Source of the DNA: Podarcis cretensis
Taxonomy: Eukaryota
Direction of reading: 5' to 3'
Assembly: GCA_951804945.1 (NCBI GenBank)
Contig: OX638155.1
Location: 70,246,001 to 70,310,000, forward strand
Length of the DNA stretch: 64,000 nucleotides
The number at the start of each line of letters is the position of its first letter. Position 1 is the first letter of the stretch. Both the position numbers and the translations under genes were made by a program. The notes beneath the pieces were generated by a model, which was not told the origin of the DNA, searched no databases, and worked only from the letters and a program-made list of their open reading frames with translations. Positions 36,501-47,791 of this stretch are shown piece by piece.

Positions 36501-39500
36501 TCTCCCTACTCAAGTTTGCTGATGACTGACAATCTCTTTATCTGTTTGGAGAAATAGATGAAAAACCAGAAGAAATGTTCAAGTCACTTAAGAATAAAGG
36601 AAATGAATTTGTGAAAAAGGGTAACTATGAAGAAGCATTGATAAAGTACAATGAATGCATCAAAATAAATTCCCAGGAACAGACTATCTACACTAACAGG
36701 TAAGGAGAATTTTAAAACACTATCAGATGCAACCCAGCTTATTCAAATCAGCAGGCATTTGTCATTCATTTTAGTGGGAAATTGATTTTGTCCAACTTTA
36801 ATTTTGTAATTGAAAGCTAGTTTCATTGCAGTTCTGTTATATGAAAGTCTATGCCTTTATATTAAGACGTTTATACTCTGCTATGCAGAGAGGACCATAA
36901 ACATCTGGGCACACAATTCTCATATTGCCTTTCCAAATAGTACAGTCATACCTCAGTTTTTGAACAGCTTAGTTCACGAACAACTTGGAACTCAAATGCT
37001 GCCAACCCGGAAGTAGATGTTCCGGTTTGCGAACTTTGCCTTGGAAGCCGAACGTCTGGCGCGGCTTCCGATTGGCTGCAGAACACTCCTACAGCCAACC
37101 GGAAGCTGCACCTTGGTTTTCGAATGTTTTGGAAGTTGGACAGACTTCTGGAATGTATTCTGTTTGAAAACCAAGGTATGACTGTATATCAGAATCAAAC
37201 TTAGGTTGGCCATTTAGCCAGTCTTATAACTACAACCATACATATTTCTTAATATACAAATAATGGGACTTTGAGAATTGGCCTCAGGGTTCTATGGGTG
37301 CTACCCTATGTTCTTACAGTGCTTTTTCTTTTTTCTCTATAGGGCCCTTTGTTACTTGAAACTGTCTCAATATGAAGAAGCCAAAAAGGATTGTGATCAT
37401 GTTCTTCAGATTGATGACTCTAACATAAAAGCTTTATACAGAAGAGCTCTAGCATACAAAGGATTACAGGTAAGAAAAGAGTTTTAATATAATATAATAA
37501 TAATTTATTATTTATACCCCGCCCATCTGGCTGAGTTTCCCCATCCACTCTGTGCGGCTTCCAATCAAGTGTTAAAAACAATACAGCATTAAATATTAAA
37601 AACTTCCCTAAACAGGGCTACCATCAGATGTCTTTTAAAGAGAAGATAGCAGCTTATTTCCTTCACATCTGAAGGGAGGGCATTCCACAGGGCTGGAGCC
37701 ACTACCGAGAAGGCCCTCTGTCTGGTTCCCTCTAACCTCACTTCTCGCAATAAGGGAACCGCCAGAAGGCCCTCAGTGCTGGATCTCAGTGTCTGGGCTG
37801 AACAATGGGGGTGGAGACGCTCCTTCAGGTATACAGGACTGAGGCCGTTTAGGGCTTTAAAGGTCAGCACCAGCACTTTGAATTGTGCTCGGAAACGTAC
37901 TGGGAGCCAATGCAGATCTCTCAGGACCGGTGTTATGTGGTCCCGGGAGCCACTCCCAGTCACCAGTCTAGCTGCCGCATTCTGAATTAATTGCAGTTTC
38001 CGGGACACCTTCAAAGGTAGCTCTTAACTTGCTCAGTGTTAGCTATAGCATAAATGATAACATTTAAATTATCAAAAGTTTGAAGGAGGGAGAATTCCTG
38101 TTGTTTGAAGAAACAGAAATGGAAAAATGCTGACTGCTGATTTAGAGGAACACTTTGTGGTAGTCACAGCATCACTTGACCTAGTCTTAATGCCAGTTCT
38201 TACTATGTTTTGCTATGTTTCATATTTATGAGTATTTGTAAATTTTGTGATATTTCCAGCTATTCAGTTTATAAGGCCCATAATTGACTTTTTAAACATT
38301 TCAGAACTACAAAGCCAGTATTGATGATTTGAAGAAAGTTCTTCTAATAGATTCAAATATTGATGAAGCAAAGAAGGAGCTGCAGGAAACAACACAGTTG
38401 CTAAAACTGAAAAATGAGCATACAGTCAACGGGCAACAAAAGCAAAGGAAAAAAATTGAAATCCAAGAGGTATTCAGTTAAAAAAAAATCATGTACTGGG
38501 CATATAAGTGTGTAAGATTCAGACCTCCTTATGAAATGTCTGGATTGAACTGCTGAGTTCTCAAGCACTTTGTGGTAACTGGCAAGCTAAGTAAGTTGTG
38601 CAAGTCAGTTTTAGACCTGCTGGTTGTGGGGACTCTTTTCTGAGAAAATAGTGGAAGGCTAGAACCAGCTAGTCAGTATCTTTGCAAATCATGCTTAGGG
38701 TCTTCTGGGCTTGTGTTTTATTAACAGGATCCTGTTTTGTTTGATGTTATAAACAAATGTGACTAGCCACCAGCTGATTATCACATAGTAAACACCATAT
38801 TAAATAGTTTTGGCTTACTTATTGCTTATTATACAGCAGTCATAAAGAGAATCCCATTACAGTACTAAAGGAAGGTAATTTAGAATGTTACTTATTACAT
38901 CCAAAATATTTGTAATGCTTAAAATCTTGATGCTATATTTGAATTTAAGATGCCCTTAGTCCCATTGCTTCCTTTTCTATATTACAGGTAACTCACAACT
39001 TGGTTTGCATTCAATTTTATGTGCTTGGCAAATTTTCTTTAAAAAAAACTAATTGTGAAAATTGAACCACCCTGAGATGTTATGATCAAGAGTGGTATAT
39101 TAACTATGTGTTCATTTTCCTTTTCACTCAAAAAGGGGTTCCCAATTAATGATAAATGCCAAAAATGTTTCCCCCCCCTCTAATTAAATGTTTAAATTTT
39201 GCCTCCAATTTCCTCCTTTGTGCATATAAGAATCTATCTGCTGTGATCGTATATTGAGATAATATTCCAAAATCCTTTTATTATGTATCCATTGGCCCAC
39301 ACCCAGTTCTGTATCTTCAATTTCCACTTCCTGTTGTATTTGCCATGTTTTTTCAGCCTTATCTAGTACTGACTCTTCCTTTTGTGTTTCTCTTTCCAAA
39401 AAGAATGCCAGAGATTTAATTGCTTTATCCCTAGGATCACTCCAAGTCATAGGTCAAATTCTTTCTCTCTCAATTCCATCGATGTCAGATTATCCAGATC

Positions 39501-39730
39501 TTTCTTCATTTATGTCATTTTTGTTTTCCAAAATCTTACCTTCATTTCTCCAAACACTTGTATAGTGGGTACTTCCATTTCATCAGTTGTTCCTTCTAGT
39601 TTTGCCATAGTTTCATCTCTCAGTCCTGCCAGTTCTTTGTCATCTTTGCCTCTATATAATTTCTGATCTTAATTTCCATTTCATTAATCTCTGGTATAAT
39701 TTCATTCCCCATTTTCATTTTCTGTGAAGC

Positions 39731-39779
<49 letters not shown>

Positions 39780-41748
39780 TTTATAATGTATCTAAAACAG
39801 AGAATCCTAACAGATTAAAAGATGAAAAACATAACTATAAAATAGGAATGAGTAGCACGTTAGTGTTTACTTGCACTTTATTTTAACTATCAACATTGTT
39901 ATGCAGTTGCCGTTGAGTCAAGATTATTGTCGAGTGATTGAGGGACAGCAAAAGCCCAAATCAGCAAGTGGACAGGGTGGAAGCTAGAGGGAAATGCCCT
40001 GGATCAAGGGCCACCAACATTGCTTTGCAGGTGCACACGTGATCACCAAGGGCTTCCCTGGCATCTGCAGGGTCGCCTCTCCTCCACTGAAATTACTGTA
40101 TTGGCCCAAATATAAGCTGCACCTTTAAAATTGGAGGGAGTGGAGACAAAAAGAACCAAAATATAAGGTGTTCCTGACTGCATACTGGACGGCGGCGGCG
40201 GAGCCGTGCTGCTTTGCCAGCGACCTTTCCCCTTTCTCGCTCTCTCCCTTCCCATCCTTGGGGGAGAGGATGGGGGACTGCACACAGGACAGGCACTGCT
40301 TTGCCGCTCTCTGGATGCATACCATAAGGTCGCAAATATAAGCCACACTTTTTTCATGGTCGGAATTTGGGAAAAAAGTGAGGCTTATATCCAGGCCAAT
40401 ATGGTAGGTCTGAAAGTAGCTTTCTGTTGTAGCTAGTAGAATGTGTTACAGTGTGGGTGTGATGCCCATGGCAGTTTCCCTGGTTTGCAGATGTGCCCAC
40501 AGGCCTCCAAAGGTTGGTAACTCTTATCCTAGACTCAGCGCAGTCTCTCAGTTCTGAACAAAAGTTTTTTGATGCTGGAGTTAACATTGAAACTGTTAAT
40601 AGTCCCTCCCTCACCCAACCTCTCTGATTTTCTAAGTGCACCAGTTTGTTTACTGCTTTTAGTATACGCTGCTCTGATTGCAGACACCCCATCATATGTG
40701 CAGCCAGCTATGTGGAAGTCAGTTAAACATATAAGACACCTGCACGGCATGGGCATGCAGAGGATGAACATGAGCAAATAGGTGAAGCCAGGCATAATTT
40801 TTTTACATCCTTTTTTACCATGCAGTCAGCACCCCACTGAGAGGGATGGAGCCACCACAATCAAGCTCACCTATGTTATAATCTGGCAGCTGCACATGTG
40901 AACAGGGTCAGACATTGAATATATCATTTTGATGGTGTCTAGGACAGAATTAAAATGTCTCTTGGGAGAAAGATTTTACTAAGTTTTACTCAGGCGGCAA
41001 TAATAATTTCTCTGACTGTGCTCCTGCTTATCACAATTATGAAATGTTACATGTTGCATACATATATCAAAACCGACTGGGCATGTGGTTATTTCTTTGT
41101 GAAGGTGAATGAGGAAGAGGAAGCTAGAGAGACCTGGACTTCAGAGAAGGCTACATCAAATCATGACAGCGCTAAAGGAGAGACTGACGCAGTGCCAATG
41201 AATAGTTCAGAAAAACTCATTATTTCAAAGCCATCTAATGCCTATGAATTTGGTCAGATTATAAATGTTGTGAATGTCAATAAGGACATCGCTGCTTGTG
41301 CAGAGCTCTTGACAGCGATTGAGCCAAAAGATTTACCAGCCCTTTTAAGCAACAAACTAGAAGGAGACATTTTTCTGCTCTTTATCCAAGCCCTGCAGTC
41401 GGATGTATTTTGTCAAGACCCTGGACTGGTGTACCAGCATCTTGTCCACCTGAGTAGAGCAGAAAGGTTTAAGGTAAGGAATTATGGCATTTGCTGTCAA
41501 TTATTTCTGAAAATGTGCATGTTTATGAAATGCTAGCTTTTACTAGACATTTAGACAAATACCATTTGCAGATAGTATTTATAAATGCTAACCACACATT
41601 TTTTTTCCCTTTTCAGATGGTGCTAACGCTACTTAGTAAGAACGAAGTAGAACAGATTCAACAACTGTTTGATTCTCTTTCCAAAGAGGAAAACCAACAA
41701 TTTTCTTTAGATGATCTGAAGAGCCTTAAGAGAGACTTTGAACTTTAA
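17690..41748 (+). CDS. SPAG1: Sperm-associated antigen 1 (TPR co-chaperone for axonemal dynein assembly, RPAP3-C-like C-terminus), complete, 965 aa
   Basis: 18 GT-AG coding exons in consistent phase, 2898 nt in total; N-terminus [15 protein letters not shown], three TPR clusters ([32 protein letters not shown]) and C-terminal PSNAYEFGQ...SNKLEGD. Confidence 0.95.
18503..18662 (+). CDS. SPAG1: SPAG1 coding exon 2
   Basis: tttag|A TCT GGT GAA ... ATG AAG|gtattc. Confidence 0.92.
18790..18915 (+). CDS. SPAG1: SPAG1 coding exon 3
   Basis: ttcag|AGC TGG ... AGA CAG|gtggga. Confidence 0.88.
19665..19732 (+). CDS. SPAG1: SPAG1 coding exon 4
   Basis: ctag|AGC AAA ... [10 protein letters not shown]|gtatgt. 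Confidence 0.88.
20030..20285 (-). mobile_element. CR1 LINE ORF2 fragment
   Basis: Translation ANAILGCI...[23 protein letters not shown] is typical of the CR1 ORF2 C-terminal region. Confidence 0.8.
20292..20400 (+). mobile_element. tRNA-derived SINE fragment
   Basis: Degenerate A/B boxes (TCAGTTGGTTAGAG; GGTTTGATCCC). Confidence 0.6.
20515..20627 (+). CDS. SPAG1: SPAG1 coding exon 5
   Basis: taag|G TTT GAT GTG GAA ... ACA G|gtaggt. Confidence 0.9.
21409..21514 (+). CDS. SPAG1: SPAG1 coding exon 6 (start of TPR cluster 1)
   Basis: ctag|GT TTG ... [25 protein letters not shown]|gtgagt. Confidence 0.93.
21554..21662 (-). mobile_element. L2-clade LINE 3' end with (AAT)n microsatellite tail
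   Basis: Same terminus as the 37.5-kb copy. Confidence 0.7.
22907..23037 (+). CDS. SPAG1: SPAG1 coding exon 7
   Basis: gcag|G AGC ATA ... [12 protein letters not shown] ... AAA G|gtaaaa. Confidence 0.93.
24716..24822 (+). CDS. SPAG1: SPAG1 coding exon 8
   Basis: gcag|CT TTT ATG CGC CGT ... GCT AAG|gtaagt. Confidence 0.93.
25090..25280 (+). mobile_element. Degraded L1/Tx1-like ORF1 fragment
   Basis: Translation [17 protein letters not shown] resembles the L1 ORF1 motif LE.RSRRNNLRI.G..E. Confidence 0.5.
26259..26421 (+). CDS. SPAG1: SPAG1 coding exon 9
   Basis: acag|AAA AAC ... [15 protein letters not shown] ... AAA A|gtaatt (weak donor; phase fits the next exon). Confidence 0.82.
27893..28312 (+). 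CDS. SPAG1: SPAG1 coding exon 10 (linker and start of TPR cluster 2)
   Basis: gtag|AA ACT GCT ... [17 protein letters not shown] ... TCT G|gtgagt. Confidence 0.9.
28674..28773 (+). CDS. SPAG1: SPAG1 coding exon 11
   Basis: taag|GA ATC ... [16 protein letters not shown] ... AAC AG|gtaaat. Confidence 0.93.
29264..29462 (+). mobile_element. tRNA-derived squamate SINE (Squam3-like)
   Basis: Head TAGCTCAGTGATAGAG...GTCCCAGGT; 3' end AAGGCAGCTTCATAT. Confidence 0.75.
30965..31178. mobile_element. Tc1/mariner-type MITE
   Basis: TIR CAGTGGTACCTCT; TA flanks. Confidence 0.88.
31329..31466. mobile_element. hAT-like MITE abutting an L2 3' fragment
   Basis: CAGGGATGGGGAAT...ATTCCCTACTCCTG with a palindromic interior; degraded relative near 29610-29740. 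Confidence 0.7.
31778..31930 (+). CDS. SPAG1: SPAG1 coding exon 12
   Basis: ttag|T GCA CTA GAA ... [11 protein letters not shown] ... AAC AG|gtaaaa. Confidence 0.94.
33013..33170 (-). mobile_element. SINE with tRNA(Lys)-like head and CR1-like tail
   Basis: Minus-strand GACTCTTAATCTCAGGGTTGTGGGTT head and CR1-type GGTCCCTTC...TTCTATG tail. Confidence 0.75.
36049..36224 (+). CDS. SPAG1: SPAG1 coding exon 13
   Basis: ctag|G ATA ACA ... [13 protein letters not shown] ... CCT A|gtatgt. Confidence 0.86.
36558..36699 (+). CDS. SPAG1: SPAG1 coding exon 14 (start of TPR cluster 3)
   Basis: atag|AT GAA ... [18 protein letters not shown] ... AAC AG|gtaagg; an alternative in-frame AG lies 6 nt upstream. 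Confidence 0.85.
36943..37184. mobile_element. Tc1/mariner-type MITE
   Basis: TIR CAGTCATACCT; TA flanks. Confidence 0.85.
37343..37469 (+). CDS. SPAG1: SPAG1 coding exon 15
   Basis: atag|G GCC CTT TGT ... TTA CAG|gtaaga. Confidence 0.94.
37490..38020 (-). mobile_element. 5'-truncated L2-clade LINE (ORF2 C-terminus plus 3' end)
   Basis: Open frame [14 protein letters not shown]...[21 protein letters not shown]; AAT-rich tail. Confidence 0.88.
38305..38469 (+). CDS. SPAG1: SPAG1 coding exon 16
   Basis: tcag|AAC TAC ... RKKIEIQE|gtattc. Confidence 0.92.
39150..39725 (-). mobile_element. Degraded L1-like fragment
   Basis: Strongly A-rich minus strand with broken K/E-rich coding character. 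Confidence 0.4.
39733..39776. repeat. (TTA)n microsatellite
   Basis: Seen directly. Confidence 0.95.
40096..40404. mobile_element. Tc1/mariner-type MITE
   Basis: TIR CTGTATTGGCCCAAATATAAGC / GCTTATATCCAGGCCAATATGG; TA flanks. Confidence 0.8.
41105..41473 (+). CDS. SPAG1: SPAG1 coding exon 17 (RPAP3-C-like domain)
   Basis: gaag|GTG AAT ... TTT AAG|gtaagg. Confidence 0.9.
41617..41748 (+). CDS. SPAG1: SPAG1 last coding exon
   Basis: tttcag|ATG GTG CTA ... GAA CTT TAA. Confidence 0.92.
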   Translation: MVLTLLSKNEVEQIQQLFDSLSKEENQQFSLDDLKSLKRDFEL

Positions 41749-43060
41749 ACAACTTCATTTTGGAACTGCCTCTAGCATGCATTCCCTTAATGCTTGTAGG
41801 ACGGGCATATAAACTATGCAGGCTTGCATGAGGTAAAGTCAGTCTTTTACCTGGACTGTTCAATATGCTGTACATTTTTTTTTACAGTACTTGCACACTG
41901 AAAAATCTGCTCTTCCGTCTTGTATATATTTTATCCTACAGAGTACACACGCATGGCTTTATAAGTAATGGGCCTATTCACTTACCATTTTGTTCCTGCA
42001 ATTATACAATGAGATCGGGAGCACAGGACTCAGGCTTGCACATTCCCTTCAGAGGGGAGAGAACACATGAGCCAGTGAGGACATGGTTCTCTGGGACAAA
42101 TCAACAGTTTCTAAAATGTGGGTCCCATATATAACAGTATATCTAATAATCAGAATGTATTCAGTGACATCAAGCTGTATTAATGGGGCTGAATATAGCC
42201 ACCTATGTTGTATTCCCTTTCTTGTAATACAGGAGTGTCTTCTAAAGATGCTACTATTTCAGAAATGTCTTTGGACATGTAGCATTGATGGAGAACATCT
42301 TGTACAAAAGTTCCATTGACAGAATGGAAATTGTGCATCATTATCTTTCAGTGGGGCTTATGCCGAAAAACAATCCTAGTGCATTTGTGCCTACAGCCGC
42401 TCTGAGCCTGGCCTTGGCCGGGGAGGGCAGGGTATAAATAAAAATTATTATTCTTATTATTACAGCCTTCATTTTTTTCCTGCTAGTCACATCTAACTGC
42501 AGTGCAGCTGAAACCTACCTTTCTTTCCATCAGTCGCCGATGCACTTGGACAAACACTTGCATCTAGCTCCAATTCTGTGTGGCTTCAAAGGAAAACACT
42601 GGCACACTTAAAATTCAATGCTAACTTAAATATATGCAGTAAAATGCTTTATGGCACTGAATGTGTAAAGTTACATCCGCACTTTGGTAAGCAGGTTCCA
42701 AGAAGGGACAGTTTGGTCATCTTCTACTTTGTGTCTTCTAGGTATACAAAAATCATTTTATATGGCTTGTGGACTACTGGTGAACAGCAAAACGGGAGCA
42801 GGATAGACTATGTTGTTAAATGTTTTAAAGCAATAGAACTGTTATATTTTTAAACCAGAGACTCGTAATTTATTGTTAGTGTGCATATCAAATTTTATTA
42901 TGGGAGGGACTGCTCAGGTAATTGCACTATTTTGAAGGTGAAATTAGTCAGTGACTTTCCCCATTATTAAATAACCTATGTATGACATTTCTGTTACCTT
43001 AAGACTTTAACCCGGTTGAAAGTTGTTTCCTTGAAGAACCCTTACAGGAAAATATTTAAA

Positions 43061-43066
43061 AATAAA
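43061..43066 (+). terminator. Candidate SPAG1 polyadenylation signal
   Basis: AATAAA followed by GU-rich TTTGTGTTTTT. Confidence 0.5.
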
Positions 43067-46000
43067 TATATTTGGCATATTTGTGTTTTTGCCTTTTCAT
43101 TGCCCTAGCGTAGCAAGACAACAGTTTTAGGATGCTTTCCACACTGGCAAGATACTTTCTAGAAGACTGCAATAATTTAGATATTGTTGATAAATATGAA
43201 ATGGGGACTTTTATGCTCCCAATTTAACGCTTGTTAATTGCCCAGTCCAAATGTAGGAATGTCCTCTGTAATAATTTGGTATCCTCTGATAACTGGCTAC
43301 CTCAGTTCTGTTCTCTGTCACATATAAGTTTCTAGCTCATTTTTAGAGGTCAATTCAAGTAATAAGAATGCAACTGAAATGTAATATCTATTATTTGTTA
43401 TTACTTGAATTCTTAAGTAGGAAGAGGCATAAATTCTCTAAAGACAGCTCTCTTGCATAACTGCTTCTATAGGCAGATTCACATTAGAAACCTATTTGTG
43501 AGGTGAAGCAAGGCAGTGTCCTACAAGCTCATATACACAAAAAATTCAGGGTAGCAGTTCATCTGCTCAAGTAAATCATGCTTAAGGCAGTTTTTCACTG
43601 CCATTTATTACAAGCAGTATTGTTTTCCTTGTATATGCTTTCTGGGGCCTAGGCTTAGCTTGGCAACCTGAACCATGGTTTCAGCAGATATGTTAGTTAA
43701 TAAAATACTGTCCACCGTTATAAGCAAAACACTTAATTTTAGTTTGAACTACCAGACAACAGCAGAAGTCTACCTACAGATTTAATTTTGAAGGGTATCT
43801 GTACCTGAATGATTTGTAACTTAATGTATAGTGATGAACATTATCCTAGTACAGTGAAATTAGTTATTTTCCCTATTAGGTTTCATTTATTCCTATCATA
43901 TATTGTCTATATACTTATGTGTGGGGTAGATTAGTATTAAACATTACTCTTTTTAACTGAAACAAAAAGCTGCATTGTCCATAATGTCTCATCTCTTGGA
44001 CAAATCTGTCAAAGTCCCATCCTACACAAGACACATGCACACACAGCTTGCATTTTACCTACTTAATAGCCTTGATAGGTCTGATTACAAAATTCTCAGG
44101 GTATTGACAGCTATTAGCCATCGATAGCCCTATAAGTCTCATTATTTCGTTCAGTCAAAGGCTGACAATACTGAGGACAGAAAAGACACAGTTTACCAGG
44201 ATCATATTCATATGAAACTTTTCAAAATCATTTTCCATCTTCAGTGTTTTGGTAGTTGTCACTTGACCACCTTGTCAACGCTAAACTAGTTTTGTTCAGG
44301 GCTCTTCCATGGACACTGATTTGTAAATAGGTGCAGGGTACCTAAATGGTATGGTTTGCTTCCTGGAATGCTAATAGGTTTACATTAAAATGCTACTAGT
44401 GTTCTTAATTTAGAACTTAAGTAATTTTAGCTTACTCATCCGTTGATCTCTTGTTCATTTTCATCTTAAACTGAATTAACCTCATCATTGCAGTCTTATA
44501 GTTAAGATGTGCTTTTTAATTAACACAAACACTCACTTGATTTGGTATTTATTTAAAAGCCTTTATGTATCACAATTATTTCAAAAATATGTATGTTGTG
44601 CCTTCTAAAAGTATAGAGATTAATATTTCATGTACAGCCTAAACAAGTATCTATTTCACCATATAGAAAACCTCTTTTTCTTAGAAAGTCAAAGAGTAAC
44701 ATTTAGTTTCAGTATTTTCTTCTAACTCAATCATTAGACTAAGACAAGGAGCCTATTTCCTTTGCTCAACAAGTTATCCTGACTTGCAGCAACACAGTCA
44801 TCTAAACATCCTGCAACTTGCTCAAGGTTGGACAGCAAATTGTCCACTGAAGTAAAGATTCATGTGATGGCAAGCACACAGAGTTCTTACAAAATTGCTA
44901 TATGTAGAATAAAAAATGCTACTGGTGTGCATGAATTGCTACTTATATATTTAGCATAGCCATGTATATGAATACCTACAGCAATTACAGTAGATATCAA
45001 CAAGTGAGACCTATTACAGTATATCCTTACCCAGTAACAGAAGTGCTCCTTTTCAGGAATCCAGGCAGCTGTCCATGCCTTCCTCCAGAACACAGTACTG
45101 TAAACAGCTAAAGGAAGCCAGCCAAATTCCTGACTTTCAACTTTGGCTTTTCCAACTTATATAGCATTTAAGAGGCTCCTTCCAATGATCACTGAAGAAG
45201 CTCAACTCTCATTGGGCTGTTTAAGGAAGATGGTCCCATTAGGGTATTTGCTTTTTAGATGTTTTGTACTTCTGGAACCTCTGGCTTCCCCAAGCATGCT
45301 AATTTCTCATTTCTCAGTAGCCCCACTTTTGATTGTGAGTTCACTATTAAGAAGAATAAGTCCTATATTTAGATGTCATCTACACAGGAATGTTGTAGAA
45401 GGCTAAAAAGCCCTAACTTCAGAGAAGACCCACTCTCTGAAAGCTTGTTTAGAATAGAAGTCTTCCACAAAGTAACAGAAATAAAACAAGGTCAGTAGAA
45501 ATAGCCTCAAGGAGCTGGCAAAGACTGTGAGAAAGGGCTTATAGTATTAAAAGCTCACAGTTGATCTAATATTCTATGGAATCGTAAATGCAATGCATAT
45601 TCCAGTTTTCCATGGACTTGTTCCAGAGTCTGGCAGGTGACTCCTAAAATTTTAAAAATCCTTAAATCCTGCTGCCAATAGAGAACATGAATTTAGAGAT
45701 GGCTACCAGTAGTCCAGTGTCAGTCACAGATCCTTGCTTCATGCTTCCAGTCCCTATCTGTCCACCTATCTGCATAACTTACTGATTCTATCAACATATT
45801 TAAATGCCAAAAAGTGGCATGCATATGCTGGTTTCTGGAATACTGCGCCCATGGTTCTTGCAGCACAGCCCATCCACCTTCCTGCAGCTAACCTCCCATG
45901 TGAGGTGAATTAACAGCACTGCTTGAAATTCAGCCACTGCTACTGATTGGTTGAAAGTGAGTTTGGAGAAAAGATAGCAACAATTACACTCTACAGAGAA

Positions 46001-47399
46001 GAGGGTGTATTTAAATGGGCTTTTCAAGCAGAGCTTAAATGGAGACAGACACTGGAAGCCAAAAGCTATGCAAATGAACCTTGTATTAACACTGTCTTCC
46101 CATTTGAGGAAGGATGATTCACAACCACAGGTATGAAAATCGAGTAATAGAAATACTGAGCTTTCATAGTTGCTTAAAAAGAATCCAAACCAAGAACTGT
46201 AAGACTCAAAACTTGGTGCACTCCAAAGGAAATTCCATAACTCCTTACATTTAGTCAGGTGTGGAGTACGAAGAGAACACATGAGCTTTTTTCTATCTTG
46301 GCAGCAGCTTCTTTCCTAGCCTGGGCCCTGCAGTCACACAGAAGTATGGGTGAATTAAAAAGATTCAAAAATAATGACATCTACACATTACAAACCTTGT
46401 TGCGCAAGTTTCTTCCGCTATAGTGGTTCATAAAGCTAATTCTTTATAATATGTGGAACCTATGATCGTACTTAACAGCACTGTCAGATCAGAGCAAAAG
46501 ACTGTTTCCAACAGTGGTCAATCAGATGTTTCTTAGATACCTTCAAGTATGGCCCCAGCCCTCAGGTGCTTGTCACCAGCAGCTGGGATTCAGTAGTACA
46601 CTACTTCTGACCAAGGAGACTCCCATTTAGTTTGTTGGCTAATCGACATTGACTGATAGGCAAGATTCATGGAGAAATTATTTATTTTCCCTTTTAGTCA
46701 GTGGCTATCACATCCTACAGCAGTGAATTCCTTAATTGTGTGGTATGTGAAGTACTTGCCTATCCTGAATCTACTTTTAGTGGATGACTCCAAGGTCTTT
46801 GTGCTTTGCAAAAGGGAATAATTTGTTTACCTACCCTAACCATACATTTTATAAACATCTATCGTGTCCCCCTCCCCTCTTAGTATTTTTTTCCTAAACT
46901 AAAAAAGTTCCTAACAGTTCAGTCTTTTATTTTTCATAAGGTACTGCATAATAGTTGGTCAGTAAATATATGGTTGCTGCAGCAAAGGAAATAACTGGGA
47001 GCACATACATACCATTATACCAAACCTGACTTATGCCATCACCACTCATATGCTATCAGAAGTGAAACTACCCATTAGGAACTCCTACATCAAGCAGTTT
47101 TAAGGATGTTTTGACCATTTTGCAGTATCTGACTAGGAACAAAGTAATTTTACAAAATTCCTACCATATTATTAAAATAAAATGTTCAGGTCAGGTTTCC
47201 AAGTTAAAAAAAGATGGCAAAATATGCCAAACTTTCGTTTCCAAGTTTACATTTATCTGTAGGATAAGACATACAAAAGTATATTACACACTGTGTGCCA
47301 TAAAACAGTTTTAATGTAGTAAAAAATACTTACTGGAAATAAAAATAAGATGCTATATTGAATATTTTCTGTGAAATGTCACAGGAGAGATTATTTGCC

Positions 47400-47565
47400 C
47401 ATGTAGCCCCGTATTGTGTACTCTGGTTGGCAGTAGCTCCCCAAGGTCTGACAGACAGACCAACTTCACATTCCCTGCTACCAGATCTTTTTAACTGGAA
47501 ATGCCAGAGATTGAACATGACATTCCGCATGCAAGGCATGTATGTGCTCCACAGTTGAGCTATGC
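47400..47565 (-). mobile_element. tRNA-derived squamate SINE (Squam3-like), degraded
   Basis: Reverse-complement similarity to the 29.3-kb copy. Confidence 0.6.
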
Positions 47566-47785
47566 TTCTTGTCCTATATTCACCACAATAAACTATTTCT
47601 GATGGCCTCAGCCCTACTTGATTAAGCAGCTGAGAAGGGAGAGGTGAAAATGCAAGACACACTACTTTTGGGGCCATTCTTTGAAACAGCTATTTCATCC
47701 CACACCAATAGTGTATATGCTTGATCTCCAGGCTAAAGGTTCTTTGTTCAAATGGACAGAAGACAACCAAAATAGTACTCAGACA

Positions 47786-47791
47786 TTTATT
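47786..47791 (-). terminator. Candidate proximal RNF19A polyadenylation signal
   Basis: AATAAA on the minus strand about 1.5 kb after the stop, followed by TTTTGGTTGTCT. Confidence 0.55.

Noticed and set aside
37589-38014. 141-aa antisense ORF as a nested gene
   Set aside because: It is the C-terminus of an L2-clade ORF2 from a truncated LINE.
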